Shown: one piece after another, positions 59,343 through 64,000 of the stretch
Layout of the letters: every line of letters begins with the position of its first letter
How positions within the stretch are numbered: the stretch's first letter is position 1
NCBI GenBank assembly: GCA_965223155.1
Contig: CBDCVR010000013.1
Coordinates: 480,001 to 544,000 of the forward strand
From: Candidatus Multivoradales bacterium
GTDB lineage: Bacteria > Acidobacteriota > Thermoanaerobaculia > Multivoradales > JAHEKO01
Length of the DNA stretch: 64,000 bases
Direction: 5' to 3'
Made by a program: the position numbers and the translations under genes
Notes under the pieces: model-generated
What the model was told of the DNA's origin: nothing
Seen by the model: only the letters and a program-made list of their open reading frames with translations
Databases searched by the model: none

Positions 59343-60788
59343 CTAGCGCTGCCCCAGCTTCTGCTTGAGCTTGGCGAGCCAACCGTCGGGCTCAGCCGGC
59401 TGATGCGCGCGATCCAGCGACTCCAGGCGCGAGCGGGCCTCGCCGTGATCCGGCGCGACCTTGAGCGCGGCCTGGAACTCGGTCCGCGCCCGCGCCTTCT
59501 GCCCGGCCTGCGCGAAGACGGCCCCGAGACTCACCCGCAGATCCGGATCTTCCGGCGCCAGCTGCACCGCCCGCGAGAAGCTGTCGATCGCCTTGTCCAG
59601 CCATTGCGGATTCTGCGCCTGGCACTCGCCCAGGAGCCCGTAGTAATCGGGCCTGGCCTCCATCCGTACAGCCTGGTGCAGGAGCTCGATGGCCGAGAAG
59701 TAATCCTGGCGAAGCACGAGCTGTTTGGCCATCTTGTAGTTGTGCTCGGCGATCCCTTCGACCTCGCTCCGACGCTTCTCCTCATCAACGGCAAAGATGG
59801 TGCCGTCCGAGGTCACCACCTCCTGCATGTAGCGGCCGCGCCGATCCTCGTCGCTGAGCGTCAGGTACGCCTCGGTGGCCCTCTCGAAGAGCAGCTCGAT
59901 ACCCGCCTCCTTGCCGCGCAGCCCGAGCCTTTCGGCGTGCCGGGGATGGACGATCCTGGCCAGCCGGGTGTAGGCATCGTGAACCTCGTCGGCCCCGGCC
60001 CCTGGCCCGATCCCCAGCAGCTCGTAGTAGTTGAGGCCCCCGAGACGGGCGATCAGCGAGGCCAGCCGCTGGCGGTGGCGCTCGGAGTCCAGGTCCATGG
60101 GCTGCCGGTCCAGGTCCGCGCCGATGCGCTGCTGGAAACGGTCCAGAAGGCGGGCATCCAGGAGTTTGCTCTTGGGATCGGGCTTCATGCCCTCGAACGG
60201 CTTGATCAGCCGCACGGCGTAGAGCCGGCACAGGCGCTGGGCGGCCTCGATGACCGGTAGCTCGGACTGGCGCAGCACGTCACGGACCGCGGTGGGCTGC
60301 TCGAGACGGCTCAGGAAGAACGCTTCTTGCGGATCCAGGGAGACCCGGTGGATGGCCTCTTCGTCGTCCACCGCGACCAGAAGCTGGTCTTCTCCACCCA
60401 GAAGGCGCAAGAGGTGAAACTCATCCTGGTCGCGCACCGCGCCGCGCATGACCAGTGGCGCGGCCGCGATCGGCCCGAAGAGGTCGGTCGAGATCCCTTC
60501 GGTGCTCTCTTCGAACCGGTACTCCACCACGCCCAAGGCGTCGAAGTACGCCAGTACCTGATCCAGCCAGGCCTCATCGAACGGATCCTTTGGGGTACCC
60601 CGTCCCTCGGCATGCTGTGCCAGCGCATGCCCCGGATCCAGGTACAAGTCTCCGCTGACAAAGAAAAAGACGCGCTCCGCCGGCCCCACTTGGACGACGA
60701 GCTTGCCCGTCCGCTTCTCCAGAAGCGACTCGCGAACCAGGGCCAGCAGTGACTCCGAACCCTCGGGCGCAATCGGCTCGGCACTCAT
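59343..60788 (-). CDS. DUF4388-like N-terminus, J-like domain and TPR repeat protein
   Basis: KRTGKLVV N-terminus; NYYELLGI...AYTRLARIVHPR...EAYLTLSD J-domain; C-terminal TPRs. Confidence 0.8.
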   Translation of the reverse strand: MSAEPIAPEGSESLLALVRESLLEKRTGKLVVQVGPAERVFFFVSGDLYLDPGHALAQHAEGRGTPKDPFDEAWLDQVLAYFDALGVVEYRFEESTEGISTDLFGPIAAAPLVMRGAVRDQDEFHLLRLLGGEDQLLVAVDDEEAIHRVSLDPQEAFFLSRLEQPTAVRDVLRQSELPVIEAAQRLCRLYAVRLIKPFEGMKPDPKSKLLDARLLDRFQQRIGADLDRQPMDLDSERHRQRLASLIARLGGLNYYELLGIGPGAGADEVHDAYTRLARIVHPRHAERLGLRGKEAGIELLFERATEAYLTLSDEDRRGRYMQEVVTSDGTIFAVDEEKRRSEVEGIAEHNYKMAKQLVLRQDYFSAIELLHQAVRMEARPDYYGLLGECQAQNPQWLDKAIDSFSRAVQLAPEDPDLRVSLGAVFAQAGQKARARTEFQAALKVAPDHGEARSRLESLDRAHQPAEPDGWLAKLKQKLGQR

Positions 60789-60845
60789 TCGCGCCGATTG
60801 TAGCTTGGATCCTGTCAGAAGGGCCCTGGCGATTCTCTGGAACGG

Positions 60846-62648
60846 TCAATCCGGATCCGGAGCGGCCAGAGCTCGAAAGACCCGCTCGCCCAGCATCGGC
60901 CCCAGGACTTCGACCAGCTTCTCAAGACTGGCTTCGCGCACCCCGGCGAGGCTGCCGAACCGCCGCAGCAGCTCGCGGCGGCGCTTCGGCCCAACGCCGG
61001 GAACCTCCTCCAGTCGGCTCTTGAGCAGCGAGCGCCGACGCCGACGGCGATGCCGGTCGACCGCGAACCGATGCGCCTCATCCCGGATTTCCTGAAGCAG
61101 CCTGAGCCCGGCATGGGTCCTCGGCGGCCGCAGAGGTTCGGGCAGATCCACGCGGTAGATCTCTTCTTCGCGCTTGGCCAGCGCCAACACTGGCGTCTCT
61201 TCGACTCCGAGCGAGCTGAGCGCCTTGACCGCGGCGTTGAGCTGGCCCCGGCCACCGTCGATCAGGATGACATCCGGCATCTCTCCGACCTCGTCCAGTC
61301 GGCGGCGGTAGCGGCGGAAGACCGCCTCTTCCAGCGAGGCGGTGTCGTCGGGACCGGAGACGCCCTTGATGTTGAAGCTCCGGTAGTCGGCCTTGCGCAT
61401 CCGGCCCTCTTCCCAGACCACCAACGACGCCACGGTCTTGGCGCCCTGAAGATTCGAGATGTCGAATCCCTCGATCCGGCGCGGCGCTTCGTCCAGCTCC
61501 AGCAGCTCCCGCACTCCCTCCTCGCCCGCTCGCTCCAGGCTACGCTCCCGAAAGCGGCGCCCGTAGGCCAGCTTGGCGTTGCGCTCGGCCAGCGCCACCC
61601 GATCCGCCTTGGGTCCCCGGGCCGGCAGCCGCAAGTACACGCGGCCGCCCCGGCGTTGGCTCAGCCACTCGGTCAGGGCCTCGGCGCCTTCGACCGGAAC
61701 CGGCAGATGAATCTCTCGCGGAATGAAGGTTGTCCGATCGTAGACCTGGGGCAGCAGCTCGGAGAGGACGGTTTCGGCCGCCAGCTCCGTCTCGCTCTCC
61801 CAGAAGAACTCGCGCCGATCCAGCACCTGGCCGCCGCGCATCACCAACACCGCCACCGCGGCGCGGCCGCCGGTGACCTGAATCCCGAAGATGTCCACGT
61901 CGTCGCCCCGAACCGAGGACAGCTTGCGCCGCTGGCTCGCGGCCTCGATCTCGCCGATCAGGTCCCGGACCCGCGCCGCTTCTTCGTACTCCAGCTCGTC
62001 GGCGGCGGCGCGCATGCGCCGCTTGAGCCCGGCTACCAGCTCCTGGCTGCGCCCCTGCAGGAACAGGCGCGCCTCGGCGGTCGCCTTGGCGTACTCCTCG
62101 CGGGTGGTGAGACCGTCGACGCAGGGCCCCAGGCAGCGCTTCATGTCGTAGTACAGGCACGGGCGCGGCAAGCGCCCGTCGATGGGGATGGTGCACACCC
62201 GAACCTGGAACAGCTTCTGGACCAGCTTGATCGCCTTGCGCGCGACTCCGGCGGGCAGATAAGGCCCGAAGTACTCGGTATTCCGGCCGCCGATGCGGCG
62301 GGTAAATCCGAGGCGCGGGTACTCGTCCCCGGTCAGGTACAGATAGGGATACGTCTTGTCGTCCCGGAGCAGGATGTTGTACCGGGGCTTGGTGCACTTG
62401 ATCCAGTTGTTCTCCAGCAGGAGAGCCTCGGCCTCGCTGTCGGTGACCACGAACTCCAGATCGGCGGCCTCTTGGAGCATGACCGCCAGGCGTGCCTCCT
62501 GCCCACCCTTGAGGTAGGTCGCGGCGCGCTTGCGCAGAGACTTGGCTTTGCCCACGTACAGGACGTCGCCGCCGGCCGCCCGAAAGACGTAAATGCCGGG
62601 GCGGTTCGGGAGCTCGCCGATGCGGGTCGCGACTTGGGGGGCGATCAT
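60846..62648 (-). CDS. uvrC: Excinuclease ABC subunit C
   Basis: GIY-YIG (PGIY..YVGKA), RIEGFDISN, IDGGRGQ, RDEAHRFA, HhH. Confidence 0.97.
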   Translation of the reverse strand: MIAPQVATRIGELPNRPGIYVFRAAGGDVLYVGKAKSLRKRAATYLKGGQEARLAVMLQEAADLEFVVTDSEAEALLLENNWIKCTKPRYNILLRDDKTYPYLYLTGDEYPRLGFTRRIGGRNTEYFGPYLPAGVARKAIKLVQKLFQVRVCTIPIDGRLPRPCLYYDMKRCLGPCVDGLTTREEYAKATAEARLFLQGRSQELVAGLKRRMRAAADELEYEEAARVRDLIGEIEAASQRRKLSSVRGDDVDIFGIQVTGGRAAVAVLVMRGGQVLDRREFFWESETELAAETVLSELLPQVYDRTTFIPREIHLPVPVEGAEALTEWLSQRRGGRVYLRLPARGPKADRVALAERNAKLAYGRRFRERSLERAGEEGVRELLELDEAPRRIEGFDISNLQGAKTVASLVVWEEGRMRKADYRSFNIKGVSGPDDTASLEEAVFRRYRRRLDEVGEMPDVILIDGGRGQLNAAVKALSSLGVEETPVLALAKREEEIYRVDLPEPLRPPRTHAGLRLLQEIRDEAHRFAVDRHRRRRRRSLLKSRLEEVPGVGPKRRRELLRRFGSLAGVREASLEKLVEVLGPMLGERVFRALAAPDPD

Positions 62649-62677
62649 TCGGTAGAAGGGGTGACGGCCGCCGGGCG

Positions 62678-64000
62678 TCAGCCGCTCAGGATCTGCAGCT
62701 CCTTGAGCTCGCGCACCTTGTCCCGAAGGACGGCGGCCCGCTCGAACTCCAGATCCTTGGCCGCGGCCCGCATTTCCTTCTCCAGCTTCTGGATCCGGCG
62801 TGACAGCGGCAGGCCGGCGTCGTCCGCCTCGGCGACTTCGGAGATCAGGGACATGCCGGCATCGTGGTAGTCCAGATTGCTCATCTGGACCAGCGGGCTG
62901 TGAATGTCCTTCAAGATGGACTTGGGCTCGATGCCGTGCTCGCGGTTGTAGTCGGCCTGCTTGCCCCGCCGCCGCCCGGTCTCGGCCAGCGCCTTCCGGA
63001 TCGAATCGGTCTCGGTATCGGCGTAGAAGATGACCCGCCCGTGCAGGTTCCTGGCGGCGCGGCCCGCGGTCTGGATCAGCGAGGTCTCGCTTCGCAGGAA
63101 GCCCTCCTTATCGGCGTCCAGAATCGCGACCAGCGACACTTCGGGCAGATCCAATCCTTCCCGCAGCAGGTTGATCCCGATCAGAACGTCGAACTCGCCC
63201 CGGCGCAGCGCGGTCAAGATCTCCACTCGCTCCAGGGTGTCGATGTCACTATGGAGGTAGCGGACCCGGACGTCCAGCTCGGTGAAGTACTGGGTCAGCT
63301 CTTCGGCCATGCGCTTGGTCAGGGTGGTCACCAGCACCCGCTCACCGCGCTTGACCACCTCGCGGATCTCGGCCAGGAGGTCGTCCACCTGGCCCTGGGC
63401 CGGCCGCACCAGGATCTCCGGATCCAGGAGCCCCGTTGGCCGGATGACCTGTTCGACCACCACCCCTTCGGTGCGCGCCAGCTCCCAGGGGCCGGGCGTT
63501 GCCGAGACCAGCAGCCGCTGCCGGCTGCGCCCGTCGAACTCTTCGAAGGTCAGAGGCCGGTTGTCGAGGGCGCTGGGCAGGCGAAAGCCGAAGTTCACCA
63601 GGGTCTGCTTGCGCGACCGGTCGCCATGGAACATGCCGCGCACCTGCGGGATCGTCTGATGGCTCTCGTCCACGACCAGCAGGAAGTCGTCAGGCAGGTA
63701 GTCCAGCAGGGTCGGCGGCGGCTCGCCCGGCGCCCGACCCGAGAGATGCCGCGAGTAGTTCTCGATGCCGTGGCAGAAGCCGACCTCGCGCAGCATCTCG
63801 AGATCGAACAGGGTGCGCTGCGCCAGTCGCTGCCGCTCCAGCAGCAGCTCGGAGTCGGCCAGCTCCCGCAGCCGAACCTGGAGCTCGTCCCGGATCCCGT
63901 CGATCGCCTTCAAGAGACGGTCTCGAGGAGTCACGTAATGGGTCTTGGGATAGATCGCGACCCGGTCCAGGGTCTCGATCGGATCGCCGGTCAGCAGATG
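62678..64000 (-). CDS. uvrB: Excinuclease ABC subunit B, 5' end outside window
   Basis: [42 protein letters not shown] domain. Confidence 0.97.
   Translation of the reverse strand, partial: HLLTGDPIETLDRVAIYPKTHYVTPRDRLLKAIDGIRDELQVRLRELADSELLLERQRLAQRTLFDLEMLREVGFCHGIENYSRHLSGRAPGEPPPTLLDYLPDDFLLVVDESHQTIPQVRGMFHGDRSRKQTLVNFGFRLPSALDNRPLTFEEFDGRSRQRLLVSATPGPWELARTEGVVVEQVIRPTGLLDPEILVRPAQGQVDDLLAEIREVVKRGERVLVTTLTKRMAEELTQYFTELDVRVRYLHSDIDTLERVEILTALRRGEFDVLIGINLLREGLDLPEVSLVAILDADKEGFLRSETSLIQTAGRAARNLHGRVIFYADTETDSIRKALAETGRRRGKQADYNREHGIEPKSILKDIHSPLVQMSNLDYHDAGMSLISEVAEADDAGLPLSRRIQKLEKEMRAAAKDLEFERAAVLRDKVRELKELQILSG

Overview
A 64 kb high-GC (roughly 70%, estimated by eye), gene-dense bacterial chromosomal segment. 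It is mostly minus-strand housekeeping genes: hbd (partial), tsaE, nnr, trxA, ribF, rimO, modABC, acyl-CoA dehydrogenase, asnS, rnc, mutL, rlmN, two tandem gap paralogues, pdxH, ppdK, glySQ, recO, mgtE, Leu/Val dehydrogenase, cmk-rluB-scpB-scpA-trpS-S2P, recG, LD-carboxypeptidase, RNase P RNA (rnpB), uvrC and uvrB (partial). The gene content (J-domain/TPR, FHA, DUF2378, PQQ-propeller and amidohydrolase genes) suggests an Acidobacteriota- or Myxococcota-like organism, by inference only. I saw no mobile element, prophage, CRISPR array, tRNA or rRNA. The best candidate for an undescribed system is 12.4-20.1 kb: a secreted beta-propeller fused to a Ser-less esterase, transcribed divergently from three translationally coupled, secreted amidohydrolase-fold genes of which only the middle one keeps the metal ligands, preceded by a possible 40-aa CxxCH ORF. 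Other points of note: a GAPDH paralogue with an altered phosphate site coupled to a canonical gap; single-base frameshifts in ribF and in a DUF1566 gene (probably assembly errors); a sigmaR/SigH-type promoter before trxA; recurring leaderless-type -10 boxes; and several degenerate domains (J-domain HPR, FHA, methyltransferase). All family assignments come from motif recognition, not database searches.
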